Shown here: piece by piece, positions 40,677-54,876 of the stretch
Position numbering within the stretch: position 1 is the stretch's first letter
How the letters are laid out: every line of letters starts with the position of its first letter
Assembly (NCBI GenBank): GCA_050575255.1
Contig: JBNZDD010013718.1
Location: forward strand, 7,060,579-7,124,578
Direction of reading: 5' to 3'
Source of the DNA: Harriotta raleighana
Lineage: Eukaryota
Length of the DNA stretch: 64,000 nt
Notes under the pieces: generated by a model
What the model was told of the DNA's origin: nothing
Database searches by the model: none
The model's input: only the letters and a program-made list of their open reading frames with translations
Translations under genes and position numbers: made by a program

Positions 40677-41002
40677 CAGTAAAACCTCGATAATCCAACA
40701 TGGTTGGGCCCACTCACCTCCCGGATTTCCGAGTTTGCTGGTATTTAGAAACCTGCCTAGAAATGGTGGGGAAGCCCAGCCCCAGACACCTTGAGTGCTA
40801 TAAACACAGAACTGAAGCCAAAAAATGTCCGAGCTCCACCCACCCGAGTACCGGATGACAGAGCGGCCTCACCGGGAACTACAAACAACTTCAGGAGATT
40901 TGCTGGACATCGGCAAAAATCTAATACTGTATGTATTTTGAAATCTTGCTGGTTTCAGGGAGCTGCCAGCATTCAGAATGTTGGATTGTTGAGGTTTTAC
41001 TG
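40677..41002. mobile_element. Tigger-like MITE family C
   Basis: CAGTAAAACCTCGATAATCCAACAT ... ATGTTGGATTGTTGAGGTTTTACTG|TA; left target site reads TT (decayed). Confidence 0.8.
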
Positions 41003-44000
41003 TATTTAAAGCAATGAAGGGGTCCTAAATCAGACCTTTGCAATTCAATAAGCTCCCCACTAATTCAACTGAGCTCTTTCCAGCTATCTCCCTCTGCTCC
41101 TTTTCCTTGTAGTATCTTACTAATTTACATATATATATGTGCTTACTGTATATATATGTGTCAACATATAATACTTATATCCACTTAGAGTTTTCAAAGA
41201 AGTGATATATCAACTTGATTTACTCATTTTCAGCCAGTTAGAAATTCCCCAGTGTTTAATGACTCACTGGTTGATAAAGCTTTATAGAACTTACCTTGCC
41301 TCAGAGTAACTTGGGGGTACAGTTGGTCCATTCTGAAGGATGTATTGGGGTTCTTTCCCTTAAGGCCATCTCAAACCTTTGCCTCACCAATATGAAAGTT
41401 CTGGAGTTCACACAATGTGTGATGAATGTTGGAACTGCAGGCAGATTCTCAGTAGAGCATTGCAAGAGCTAATCTGCCAATTTTAGATAACCGAGGCAGT
41501 GCTCTGTGAATGTGCACCAAAACACATGAGCAGTTTCACTAAACAAAGCCAATTTTAAGAGCAATAATAAACAGAATGGTGGAAATTGCGTCGAATCATT
41601 AACCTACTTGGTTGTACAGCTTCAGTGAAAAATCTTGCTATCTCACACTACAGAATTCATTCATTCATATACATGATATCATAGGATGGTACTCTTTACA
41701 ATGCAATTCCATAAATGTCCATTTGATGAAATGAGCACAGGGAGCTGCTCATATCTGTATCTATGATTTGTGATTTGATGAGCTCTTGAATGAAAGTGAT
41801 TCAACAAGTTATGAAAAAGTGAAACTGAAAAACAGACAGGCAACTTATAAAACTACATTTTCTCCTTTGTTTTCTTGAGAATCCCCCTTTGCCTGGAGTT
41901 TTGGCAATGAAATGAGCAAAATAAATGTAAAAATATTTATAAATTGAATTTGTAAATTATCAACCCCTAACTAACACTCCAAACCTGTGATAGTCTCTGT
42001 AGTATTTGCTGACTTTATGAGAGTTTTTTTCATTTGACGAAATAAATAACAACAGTCTGATATTCAGCTGAGGGAGTCAGCAGTGAAGTGTACCTCCAGA
42101 CTTGAACTAAGCAAATTATCAAACGTTAGTTTAAAAAAAGTCCTCAAATATTACAACAATTTTGAAGTTTATGCATAGTCTTTCATACTGTCATATGGTA
42201 GGTTTTTGGAGCACTTAAAAGTATAGTACAGTAGGACTCTAAAGTTTGGAGAGACCATAATAAAATTGACAGAGTGCAATGCAGCAAATGTGGAAAATGT
42301 GGTGAAAAGGTCACTCTGATTAAGTTAAATATTAAAGAAACAGAAATGAAAACAAAAGAGCTCAGAGCTTCAAATAAACAGTGACACTGCATATCCACAC
42401 CGAGCAGCAAATGGACAACTATGTCATGCCTGTGACTAATCCTATTTTTTTTCGCATGCTTCCTGACAAAAAACAGGGAAAATAACCCAAGAGTTTGGAT
42501 GGAGCCTATTAGCAGTGGTAAAGGGTTAAATTTATGGGTCAGTTTCACCAGAAAATAGATTTATTCACCACCTTGCACACCCATACTGTACATAGAAAAT
42601 AGTATTGTAATTCAGGAGAAAATACATTTTCATTTCACATAGGAGAGAAAGCTAAGGTAAAGGAAAAAAAGTCAAGTGAAGCAAAACCGCATCTACACTA
42701 GCCATTGATGGGGTATTAGTGAAGGGCAGTTGAAGCACAAAAAATTCACGAAACACTTACGAATGCTGAGAACTTGAGAAGAATCCTGGCTTACAACAAC
42801 AAAATTACGTTTGTAGAGCACCTTTCACATCGAGAGGATGTCCTGAGGCACTTAATAGTGAGATGACAGAATTGATCAGATCTGGGGGTTTCCATATGGT
42901 TCTGACACATCTGCTTTATATAGAGCAACTTCTTAACAGTCATAGAAAATGGACAGTAACATTTGAGTACACAATTTTTCCTCAATTTGCTAAATGCTTT
43001 ACACTCAAATACTTTCTACCCTACCCATCTTTCCACACCCACAAGCACACCCACATCCACCCATGCTATTTGAGCAGCTTTTTACAACAGGGACAATATT
43101 TCAATCGATGGACCGCAACCCAAATTGTAACACATTGCCAATGTGAGTCACAAATTATAGGTTGAACCAATATTTCCATGAGTCAGTTTTATGACAAACA
43201 AAGAACCCAGATGAATTGATCTCTTTCCTATCAGAGATACCAAGAACAATTTTAGTTATTGCTGCCTCCCCTGCCTCCCCCTTCTCTCTCACACACACAC
43301 ACACAGGTTTTATGTTGCCCCTGACTTTGTCCCCAGTACAAATGGTTCATTATCTACTATAGAATGCTTGTGGTGCCAGAATACACTAAACTTTCAAATA
43401 AAAATAGGACTGTAACTAAGAACTAAAAGACGGTCGATTACATTTTATCTTACAGGTACACATGTCCTTACTACTATATATTGATAATAATAAGATAGTC
43501 ACTAAAACATTCAAAGTTGTTTGGAAACCTAGGGATCAAAGTTACCAGAAGTACTTGAGCTCAACATTCAGGCTGATATTCTTGCATTATTATGATGATT
43601 ATTATTAGTTGTTAAACTGAATTCCTCTCTGCCTGTTTGATTTGTTGTTAAGATTCCATGACACTATCCACTTCTCAGCTCTGTAGATAAATTGATTGTT
43701 TTATGGCTGTTTGGGGGACCCGGCTTTAGGTGAATTCCGCATGAACCTGTTGCAATTCCATTCAGAAATACTGTACAAATTTCTTACACTTAATAGCAGT
43801 TAGCTACAAAATCCTTTGATACATTTGGGTAGAACGGGTTTGCGTGGTTATGGGGAAAGAGCTGGGAAGTGGGATTGAGTTGCTCTTTTCAAAGAGCCGG
43901 CACAGACTCGATGGGCCGAATGGCCTCCTTTTGTGCCATAAGATTCCATGATTCTATGATTTAAATCTTATAAGCATTATGTCCAATAGAAACATTAAAA

Positions 44001-44794
44001 CATTTTATAATGCAATACCTAACGAATCAGATATCAAGTTGTTCCCTTTACTGCCATCTAAAGGAATAAACTATCAAAACTGTGCTGTATAACAGGCTGC
44101 TCTGACAAACCATTACACAAACAATAGGAGTCTAATTGTTCGATAATGAACAGCACCAACAAAGTGAGTTTGAAACAACTTATTTTTACAATATGTCTTC
44201 TGGCAATTAAGTGCACATCACTCAGTCTTAAAGCCCAAAAGCTTCACTCTGATCGTTTATTGTGCCGTATAATCAATGAGATTACCAGGTGGAAAAAATG
44301 GCCACATATCAATTATTCTTTGTATTTTATGATATACAAAAAATAAATTCACACATTAAATCAAAACAACTAAAGTGCTTGTGCTCACAAATGCTTATAA
44401 TTACTGCATTAAATTTCAATGATTTCTAATCACAACCCCTCTACATTGGTGTGTAAAGCATTGTAAACCTTATTCAACCAGCTGTGTTGTTTTTCCAAAG
44501 CTTAGCCTCTGAATGTTAAGTTGTGTTTAACAATTAAAATCAATGGTACTGTCCATTGAAAATATTAATTTATGATTCTCATCTAGTTGTTAAATACTGT
44601 ACAGTACTTCAAAATTGAGCATTGAACTTCTGATCTATTAGAAAATAGTATTTACTACACAAACTTATATTAACAAATAACATATCTAAATTATACCCAA
44701 AACACTTGTAGGATATTGCACCAGTAGCATTCCATCACTAGCTATACCAATTTAAGCCAAATATGGATAATTTTAAAAAAACTTTTGCAAAAAC

Positions 44795-45132
44795 AATAAA
44801 TAATCCTTACTTTGTTACATCTTCGAGATATATCAAAGAGTTTCACAGAGCTAGTGGGTGAAAGCAGCAGCCAATTGCACTCAGCTGTGCCTCATGAACA
44901 GTCATGGATCAAATGACCAAATTATTACTGTATATCATATTTGGCTTAAATTTCTAAGGGTATTTTATCCCCCAGAAAAAGTGATCTGTCAATCGACTTT
45001 CCTACTTACTGCTAGGTAAACAGAGGTGTGTGGAGTAAGGAAACTTGCCCAACATTTAGCCCCACCCAGGAATTGAACCCACGTCCTCTCATTAACAGGT
45101 TCATGCTCCAACCACTTAGCTACAGGACTCCA
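44795..45132 (-). mobile_element. SINE, long form
   Basis: Family head and tail plus extra TTCCTACTTACTGCTAGGTAAAC block. Confidence 0.75.
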
Positions 45133-45364
45133 CAATACAACAATGAGTTTGTTTTTAATTGGTTGCTAATTGTTCTCACGCGATTATTGTAGTATTGTCC
45201 CTCAGATGGTCAATAGAAATTTTCAAGTATACTTAATACTGGAAATAGCATAGAAGATGACGGCAACAATACAAATCCTTAACAAAAAGAATTTCAGCCG
45301 TAGAAATATGAGCAAAACTCACAAGGCCTACGAAAAGCTTGCGTCACTGAAAATTTGAATGTAC

Positions 45365-45370
45365 TTTATT
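45365..45370 (-). terminator. Candidate poly(A) signal for TBC1D2B
   Basis: AATGAATAAAGTAC on the minus strand about 2.3 kb after the stop; alternatives near 45497 and 44256. Confidence 0.35.
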
Positions 45371-47678
45371 CATTGTTGTCGTCCATTAAGTATTTATGCT
45401 GGGTATATAACGCAAAGATCAATATTTGCCAAAATGCCTGAGACATGTGGGGAAAGTTTTGAGTAACCAGAGGCATTTGCAAATAGCATGTGCATTTTTA
45501 TTTGAAACAAACGTTTGAGATACCTTTGTGTAGAGTCAAAAGGCCATACAAAAAAATATACTCCCAGGAGGCTTTGTTTTCATTGTGCCAAAGAAATTTA
45601 ATTTTTAGAATGACACATTAACATTTTACTTTATGATTCACCAAAGAAAACATCCACAAATCAAGAGGGTGCTCCTGTTAACATGTGGCAACAATAAGTA
45701 TAATTGCCATCAAAACAAGTAACCATCAAATACTAATGTCTTTAACGTAACAAAAATAAAAGTTAACATTGAACACGAACAACACATTCTTTTCCACTTT
45801 CTTTCAGCGCTGGTCCTATGTATTTAAGAGACAAAGGTACAGCTTGTGCAGATAATATTGGTGATAACTGATCCAACAATGATATTTAGATACCAGACAT
45901 ACATTCATTGATGGAGCTACACAGATATTTAGGAAATATAAGAGATCCTTCCTTCCTTATCATTTGCTTATCAAAATTTGCAAATTATACATTTCAGATA
46001 GCAAAGTGCAGTAATACAACGTGTAGACCATCTGTTAAACGCTTTCAGGGCTGGAGTAAACTTTAATCTTTTGAAAAATGTCTTCACGACGCACTCACTA
46101 ACTCACATGGAAGTCCTACCCATATGGAGTTAATTCAGGTCCTGCTCAATGCAGAAAAAACATTACACCAAATAGCCCTGTTCCTGTCAAACTACAAATA
46201 TAAAAACAAAGTTGTATTTGATTTCACTTCAAAGACAAAATGTGGCAGATTTTGCCCTTCCCTGGGGCTGTAGTGAACTGGGAATCATGCTAAAAATATT
46301 ATTGGAATGGACTGTGTGCAGAAATGCTGTTGTGATGTACTTGAAAGACACAGGAATAAGTCTTAAAAACTCCAGATTTGACGGGTGCACTTGACAAGAT
46401 GTCCTTCAGATTCGCAAATGTTTCAAAATTCTACTGTCAGAAATGTTATGAATTTCAATTATCTTCAAAGACAGCATTTGATAGAAACAGTGCATCAGAA
46501 AGATGACAAATGACATATGGCATTATAAAAAGGTGATTTAATAGATAATTCCTGTGAGTAGATCAGTTGTTTTTGGGAGTACTAGTGATTACTGTGGTGG
46601 TGGGGAGGAAATAAGTGAATCATTGTAATTTTTTTTTTAAAAAGTGTTAAAATACTGACTAAATAATGGATTGCCACAAAGCTAGAAATGTGAAAACTAG
46701 TCAATATTTTAAGCAGGAACATCTTATATCACTAAACTTAATCAAATATATACTATTGGTGTAGTGCCTTGATGGTCTGAGCAAGAAGAGCAAAATATTA
46801 GGAGATAACCGCTTTTTTTTTCTCTCTCTTTCTTTCCTAATCATTTTCATTCAGAAAATAAGTGCCCCAAATGAAAATCACAAGCAGACAAACGACAGTT
46901 CTCAAGACAGAAAAAAAACCTGATGTTTTTTGGTCCTTAAGGAAGCCTGCTTCCCCACAAAATACTGATATGCAAAAAACAAGTAAAAGAAGGAATAGAC
47001 ACAATTTAAAAATCATACCAGACAAGATCTCAAGATAATACTGCGACTAATCAGCATTTGTAATTGATCCCATATGATTGACAAACTGACATACATTGTC
47101 ATCGCAAAGATGTATGTGCATTATTCGCAAAACCTCTATAAATGTCCACATATTGCAAGTGCACCTGAAAATTTGCTCCATAAGTTTTCAACATTAATTT
47201 TACACACTTCCCCCTCCCCCCACCAGCCCCTCACCCCCACTATGTGCCACAACAGTGAAATATATCCTGCATATTTTGTAATGGACATATACGTTTTACC
47301 AGGCTCTTAAGAAACAATTAACCATCCAAAATAGCTTTTGTGATCCTTGATTGCTCCCGAGTTACTTGACCTAGTATCGGTGACAGTTTTGCTCCTACCG
47401 CTAAAGAAAATGAGAGGTGCATTTGTAAGTAGGGTGAGCAAATTAAATCTGGATGTCCATCTCTTCAGGAGAAGCTATCAGGTCAATCAGGAATTGGGGA
47501 AGTATTTTCCAACAGTGGCAAGGAAATTCAAACGATGGGTATGCCTGATACTGAAAGTCCCGACCATCTAATTAGCAGGCAGCTTTACAGTCAGGTTCAG
47601 AAATTCCATAATGCTTTTACTTCTGTAAAGAAATAACTAAATATTCGATACAGAGACATAGAGAGAGAGAGAATGTCT

Positions 47679-47877
47679 TTAAGTGTCCTCGTCATCGTCG
47701 CTAATTATGTCCCTCCTCTCAGGATTTGCAGTTTCTCGTTCGCGGAGGAAGTCTTGGCGGATGGCATCCAGTTCCCTCAGTTCCGAGCGCACTTTCTCCA
47801 GATGGAAGGCTCTTCGATTCTGGATCAGCCGCATTGGAAACGGATTCATGCCCGTAAATGCCATATTGGTAAGTTTT
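47679..47877 (-). CDS. TBC1D2B: TBC1D2B terminal coding exon (KLTNMAFTGMNPFPMRLIQNRRAFHLEKVR...IISDDDEDT*)
   Basis: ttgcag| acceptor, phase fits; acidic C-terminus and TAA. Confidence 0.94.
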
Positions 47878-49046
47878 CTGCAACAGCAACCCCACAGAGA
47901 AACACAGTTAGGACATTTGAAGCAATTCTTAAGGGCACTGGGGGAAAATGAATTAAGCTTTGATCAGTTTCAAGATCAGGAATCACGGTCCCAAGAACTA
48001 GTTTTTAACACTTTGGTCATTTACTGCCAGCGTGATACATTCCTATTCCACCAAAAAACCTTAATTCTTCTCCTTATCAAACAAATATATATTTGTGCTG
48101 TGATGTTGTGCCACCAAGTGAATGAATCAATACCGTCCCTAAAATCTTCACTCATCTTGAAATAGTTTGGGTTAAAGTGTGGTCTGCAATACTATATGTA
48201 CAGAAGGTCCAGGCATGTTCGCTTGTACCAGACCCAGGATGAAATTCAATTTAATCAAGATTGGGCGAATGTTTGATTTGAAAAAGAAGTTAAAATAGTC
48301 TGCACTTAAAAAAAAATGCACATTACTGGTGGGAATTTTTTTGTTTTAAATATAGCCCCTGGATTGCAGAGTGAGGAAACCTTTTGCGATGTTTGTTCTA
48401 TTGGTCGTTTTACCACTGGTGATTTTCTCTAGCCACAATAAGGGGAAAGAAAAATATTCCTCATTCTTTCGAGAGGAAATGAACACAGAGAAAAATGCTT
48501 AGCAACCCAGACAAGGTCAGAAGAAGGAGCAAACAGTACCCAGGTCTGCAGCAATCATTTGTGACAAGACCACCTTTGTTTTGACACACAATTGGTTTGG
48601 ATTCTTATATCTAAGCGAAAGGTCAAAAAACATTTTAGATGCTTTTTCAAAGCAGCAGCTGGATATCAATCTATTTTCTTCGCTTTTCAGGGAAAAAAAA
48701 ACTGGTTTGATACTGTAAACTAAATAATTTACATCAACTATCTTGACTAATTATTTCTGCTTGGATTTTTAGCTGAAATGAATCACGTTTCTTTTAAAAT
48801 AAGTCTTAAAAAATCATGCAATGAAAGGAACAAGTAGCTGTGAAGAAATCTAAATACTGTATGTGAACCTGAGTCAATTACAATAATTTTGGAATCCAAG
48901 TTGTTTGGAATGCAATACCTCATCTATCTGATTGTGTTATGACCTCCTCTTGTGCAGTACAGTTCTTATCAAGAGTACGGAGAGAACTGAGCATTGAATT
49001 GAGTTTACAAAAGCAGGAGCTGTAAGGCATTCTAAATAAATAACTA

Positions 49047-49521
49047 CAGTAAAAGCCCGTTTATCCGTGACTCAATCAACCGGTATGTCCAAAAAAAGTC
49101 CCTGTTCGATTAACTGGAAGTTATCCGGCACAATAGTGGTGGCTCATTTAATGAATCGATTGTCGCACAAGAGTACTGTACAGGTATTTCGGCTTGCCGC
49201 TAGTGGAGCCTTAAAGTCCTGCTGCAATTTTTTTTCCTCGAGTGGCGTCCGCCATTGCAGAAGTTATCCATACACTTGTACACCAGTACCCCAGCATCAT
49301 GGCTTCAGACCAGGCATCTACCAGCAAAGGTGATTTTTAGGTGAATAACAAAGGTCTGTTATTATCTGTTATTATTTAGTCTATAATTAATATGATGTAT
49401 GTGAAAATAAGTTAATTTTTTGGGGGTTGGGTTTTTGGCGCCGGATCTGACCGTTTAACCAGCAAACTGTTTAACCCGCATTGGCCAGATCCCATGGGAC
49501 CGGAAAAATGGGCTTTTACTG
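49047..49521. mobile_element. Tigger-like MITE family B
   Basis: TA|CAGTAAAAGCCCGTTTATCCG ... CGGAAAAATGGGCTTTTACTG|TA. Confidence 0.85.
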
Positions 49522-49879
49522 TAGTTGTAATTAAATACGTTAACAGTTGTTACCAGCAAGATGTCCGCTGAACGATAAACGCAAACCTTAAGCATTCTGT
49601 CTGCTTAATTTATCTTTAAAAGTATAAGTCCCTGAATTTATAAGCAACAATGTGCATATATCTTATATAGATTTTGAGGGTCGTAAAGATTGTTTATGTA
49701 CTGTCAATATTGTGTGATAGTATAGTAATTGCATATATATATAAATATAAATAATGTGTATAAACGTGGACAGTTCTTGAAACGCCTACTTTTTCTAAGA
49801 TTCTGCAGGTCCTGCCTGGGTGAGTACTCGTTTAATAATAAATTCTAGCAGTCAGAAGACTTCACATAATCCAAAACGC

Positions 49880-50480
49880 TGATGTTTCATCAGGTTTGGT
49901 TCCTGGAATATATATGCCTTTTTGGATTACGAGGTCTTTTCATTGTGCCTGATCTACAAATCAAGCGTTGCTGTGAATAAGTTAAATGTCGCAGGATATG
50001 CTGAAATACTAAACAATATTGCCACTCGTAACTGACTGCTTAAAAAGGTCAAGCAACAGAAGACCAACCTAAAGCTGAAAAAGTTAAGAGCAATTTACAC
50101 ACGCAGCATCTGATGGTTTTAATGCTTTGACAGCTTGTAAACAAAGCAGCAAGAAAAGTAAGCTGTGAAGTTACATGATACAAGCCACTTAGCGACAGGA
50201 AATTTATGGAGGAATGTTAGTTGGATGTGGTCAATCCACTCCGCCCTGAGGAATGATTACAATCCTTAGCTGGAATGCCAAACACAGCAGCTCTCACACA
50301 CGGCAACTGCTGTCCATGAACAGCTGAAGCAAAGAGCTCAGACCAGCCTTTGAGGCGGCTTTAAATTATGGATGTTGATGAGGTCAACCAGCGATGAATC
50401 TTTGTGCAAATCACTGTCAATATAACTGAAAAATCTGGTGGACTGAAGCTTTTTCACTGGACCAACTGGATGACATTTAC
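49880..50480 (+). mobile_element. Decayed hAT/Charlie (GTF2IRD2-like) transposase fossil
   Basis: Broken frames LCLIYKSSVAVNKLNV and KAARKVSCEVT*YKPLSDRKFMEEC*LDVVNPLRPE resemble the Charlie-type CLIC..VAV.K and KPFSDGEFIKEC......LCPE motifs. Confidence 0.55.
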
Positions 50481-51229
50481 GGTTAAAAATCACAGAACAT
50501 CCTCGCCTGCGTGTGGGACACTGCTGGACTCAATTGGCTGCCGTGTTTCGCCCACAAAATGTACAGTCAATTCACTTTACAGCATACTCTGTGAAGTGCT
50601 TTGAGACGTCTCGCAGATGTGATAAGATGCTATATTAAATGCCAGAGTTATTATCAGTACTGTAGTAGTAATAAATCTTCAAGATGCTGGTTGACCAGTT
50701 GTGCAATTCCAGCATTTTCTGGTTTTACTTCAGAATTCCAAGATTCAATTTCTTTTTCCTTCTCAAATAATTTAAATGAGATTTTTGAAAAACTAAATCC
50801 AGAACGATACATCCTGGAGGGATGAGATCATGTGGGATGTTTCTTAATCCACACAAATCTTGTGATCTTGCGAATATTTAGAGATCTTGTACCTCTGATT
50901 TAGGTTGTAGCTTTGTAACTCATATCTACATATTGTTACAATATGGAAAAGCAAGAGGAAAAGCAACATTAACTAAAAATTACCATTGTGATATCAATTT
51001 GCTTTCCAATAATAATTGATTTGGGAGTATATTAACACCAATAACAATATCTGAATTCAGAAGTGCAATTTACCACAGAGAATAAAGGGTAGATTTATAA
51101 CTCAAACAGGGTAAATTTGATGGCCTGAGAGTCACACTTAAGCATCATAAGCCATTTTACACAGGTCACTGGAATGGATGTTGTCATTTTGCAATTAGGA
51201 AGCCCCAAAACGCACACAAATAATCTCAC

Positions 51230-51351
51230 CTTGCATCGAGTATGGTCCTGGTAAAGTATCTCAGATACTTAAATATGGACATTTGATCCTGAAGTTTCAG
51301 AAGCTCCTCCTCTCTGAACTTGAAAACCGCAAGTGCATATCGAAAAATAAC
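51230..51351 (-). CDS. TBC1D2B: TBC1D2B coding exon (VIFRYALAVFKFREEELLKLQDQMSIFKYLRYFTRTILDAR)
   Basis: 122 nt; cacag| and AG|GTGAG. Confidence 0.95.
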
Positions 51352-51689
51352 CTGTGAACAACAACATATTAATCAGGCATTAATAATCCCTCCCTGATGA
51401 CTAAATCAGTAGTGTGTCTGTATCATATGATTACATACTGCAATACATTAAATGCCCAATCACTTAAAACTAAAGCAACATAAATCAGTGAAATAAAAAA
51501 TATACATACATAAAACCCTCCAAAAGTCAGTTACAGTTTCAGAGAAGAATAATAACATATTTGAATCCCTGAGTTTCCTAAATAAAAATAATCACCATCA
51601 GCAAAAAGTGAAATGTTTACTGGGTCTTAAAGTGTTAGACTTTGTCTGACTTATAGTTTTAAGTTGAAAATGACTGCTCTGCTTTGTAC

Positions 51690-51875
51690 CTTAGGACCTT
51701 CATACAAGAAGGAATCCCATATACGGAATACAATGTCGCTGACCACACTATCCACAAATACCACCAGAAACCAATTGAAAGTGATGAGGGAGAGATCCAC
51801 TTTGTTCTGTTCAAAGTGAGCATGTAACCGCGGCAGCTTCTCACTCAGCAAATCCTTCAGAACCCGCTGGTCAAC
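51690..51875 (-). CDS. TBC1D2B: TBC1D2B coding exon (VDQRVLKDLLSEKLPRL...FNWFLVVF...RIWDSFLYEGPK)
   Basis: 186 nt; tttag| and AAG|GTACAA. Confidence 0.96.
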
Positions 51876-52136
51876 CTAAATTACAGAAAACAAAACAGGT
51901 GGAGAATGTGGTTTAGAAGTCTGTTTCAGTGATAACACTATTGAGAATCATAGATTTGCATAGACTGTACAGAATGCCAACAGGACATTTGACCCCAAAT
52001 AGGCCTGTTGTCCTGGCTATCAATAAAAAAAAATGTTTTTAATTGGCCATTCATTTCATGGCTGGTTGTGCATTTGTCCACAAATACAATCACTCCACTT
52101 CACAGCAATCCCTGCGAGGTGCTTTGCTTTGCAAAG

Positions 52137-52437
52137 TAATAATTTGATATAGCGCTTTTCACGTCTTCTAGACGTCTGAAAGCGCTTCACAGAATGTACT
52201 GAAAAGTGAATTGACTGCATATTTGTGGGTGAAATGTGGCAGCTAATTGCACACAGCAATGTCCCACAAACAGTCGAGGATTGCAATGATCAATTTACAG
52301 CATTATTGTTTTTTTCCAGGGATTATTATTAGGTGTGTGGAGTAAGGAAACTTGCCCAGGGTTTCGCCCTGCCTGGATTTAAACCAAGGTCTCTTGTTTG
52401 CAAGGCGAGTGCTCTAACCACTGAGTTACAGGACTCC
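52137..52437 (-). mobile_element. Full-length tRNA-derived SINE, short form (A/B boxes, Deu-like core, L2-like tail)
   Basis: Minus strand starts GGAGTCCTGTAACTCAGTGGTTAGAGCA...GGTTTAAATCC; core GTTTGTGGGACATTGCTGTGTGCAATTAGCTGCC; tail GCGCTATATCAAAT. Confidence 0.85.
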
Positions 52438-53588
52438 GGTACTAACTTTTTACTCATTTTAGTTGCAAATTCTAACAGTTCTGATCAATGTTTACACCTC
52501 ACATTTATTGCACAAGTAATATTTATCAATAATACCAGACAGCTACTGTAAAATTTATTAGTGCAGTTCTAAAACTCCACTGATATTCTCATAATTTATA
52601 GACCAAGAAACTTGATTTATGTTATTTGCTTCCAATAAAAATTTAAAAACATGTAACATGTTATGAGAAGGATGAGGTAGAGCAGCGTTGGTCTGTAATT
52701 ATTGGATGATTGTAAAATACCATCTCCAGCAGTTAAACCCAAATTATGCTCTGAGGCTTTGATGGGTAATGAAAAATCTTGTAAAAACACCTGAATACAT
52801 TACCACAGTATCTATTTAATTTTAATCCATGTTCCCAGGTCGAGGGTGGATGGGGGTGAGGAGAAATGACACAATCACATGGTAAATGCAACCAAAAGAT
52901 TTGCAATTAAACCGCTTGCACAAATTCAATCAAGAGAACTTATGCTCTTGAATTGCAGACTTGACCTTGAAATAGCATGATCATTAAGACTGATACCAAA
53001 CGTGCAGATAAATACTGCTGACTCTCAGAACTTGCCAGTGTTGCATCAGTTATGTGAACGCTCACACCGGCGGCCTCACACCGCTGAGATATATTGGCTG
53101 CAGCTTAACTGCAGTCGGTCTAGACAAAACCTTCAAGATTAAAAATCATTTGAAAAGTACCTTTGGGAATAATCGTCTTGTAATTTATCGATTGCCCAAA
53201 AAAAACCTTATTCTCCCTTCCATATGTTTTCGGAGAGAGGAAGCGAGTGAGCTCATCCCATCCTCAAAGTGATGGACATTAACACTGGGAATTATAGCAG
53301 GCATCTTGGGTCAGCCTCAAGCATCCCCAAGTGTGGTTCATCTCCTTCCACTCTGCTTCCTCCCTCCCATCCACCCTAAAAAAATGCAGCAGCCAATTGG
53401 TCCAGCAGTCTTCCGCAAACAACGGGAGATTGAATTTTAAGAACTTTAGAATAACAGAATTTCAAAAAGAATTTCAAAATTTTCCACAAATTTATGACAG
53501 CCTAATATTTAAGACAAAATGGTCCTGAAGTGATTTTTAAAAATTAGAAGGAATTCCAGAACTTACGCATGCAAACACTCATCCTTAC

Positions 53589-53706
53589 CTGTGAACCAAG
53601 TAAAGTCTTTGTGTAATAGTCAGCAGACATGAGACACTCTGCAATGGCAACCAAACACCAGAATGCATCTTCTTGTTCTAGGTAGAGAAGGGCTATTGCT
53701 GCTATT
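53589..53706 (-). CDS. TBC1D2B: TBC1D2B coding exon (IAAIALLYLEQEDAFWCLVAIAECLMSADYYTKTLLGSQ)
   Basis: 118 nt; gcag| and CAG|GTAAGG; EDAFW TBC motif. Confidence 0.95.
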
Positions 53707-54876
53707 CTGCATATGAAATATTTTATATGTTAATATCACTATTTAAACATAATTATTCTTCACTTGCTCTAAGCCATGATTTTAAACACTATAACATTGC
53801 ATTGAGTAGACCTTGCTGACAGTCACATTTACATCCTTATGACTTATTCCAAAAAAAATTGAAAAGGTACTTTTGACCACTAAAACTATCAACTGAAGTG
53901 ACTTTTTTTTTGCAAAAAATCTATGTGCACAATTTGTCAAACTGCACATTTAAGGAGGATTGTGCAAATTGTATCCACAATTAAATCATCTTAATGGCAA
54001 CAATAGGGATTTTGCAGATTGTGACGTGTGTCTTCCCTGTACAGTACCCACTAACATTTTTTAAAATTATTATGTGAGCAGCAGAAAGGGGTGGGAGTAG
54101 CAGGCTATTCAACAGTGGCAGCACACAGAAGACTGGATGAGGGAATAAAGATTTTTTTAAAAGTCAAATCAAGCCGACTTAAAATGGGTAAATTTGCTCA
54201 TTCAGAGTCAAAACATTAGTTATCTTAGGTTAGAGTTGGGCGATAAAACAATGTTAATCACTCATAGCTTCATCCCTGCTTACTCTTTAATAAACACGAT
54301 TTTTGTCTTGGATGCTTTATGCATAATGACTGTTATGCAATTGCTTGCCACAGGAGGGCAACAACACATGGCAACTACATTATTGATCAAACCCAGTTGC
54401 TTGTCTAAATGAAAATGATTCATCTTTTTTCCTCTCAATGATAGAACTAAGAGCATACATTACGTACATTACATTCTATTTGATGATCCAGCTAGTGCTT
54501 CTCTTACCTGAGTTGTATTTAATACCAGTAAAAGCATCTCTAGTGCAGCAGATTTTCATTTTATAATTGGAAACCATGGCAATAAACCACTTATGTTGAA
54601 CACCATTATGAAAAAAACAGACATCGATTCATGTTTAAATTTCTCTGAGATCTGCCATCGCTTCTATTTATCACTGAACATGAAAGCATTATGGCTTTCC
54701 TTTGTAGGTTCAGGTTGGCAACGGTGTAAACAAATTAAATAGAGAAAAAAAATGACTCAGGCAAGTCAGCACAATGTTCAAGGATGCAGCAAAACCGTTT
54801 CTGGAAAATTCCAGACAATTTATGAATTGCCCAGGGCGAATGGATTAGATGCATATCCTCTAACCAATTTCTTGTG

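Noticed and set aside
47683-48165. 160-aa plus-strand ORF
   Set aside because: Antisense shadow of the TBC1D2B terminal exon; no independent coding signal.
52360-52437. tRNA gene (A and B boxes)
   Set aside because: It is the head of a SINE, repeated with the same body many times in the window.
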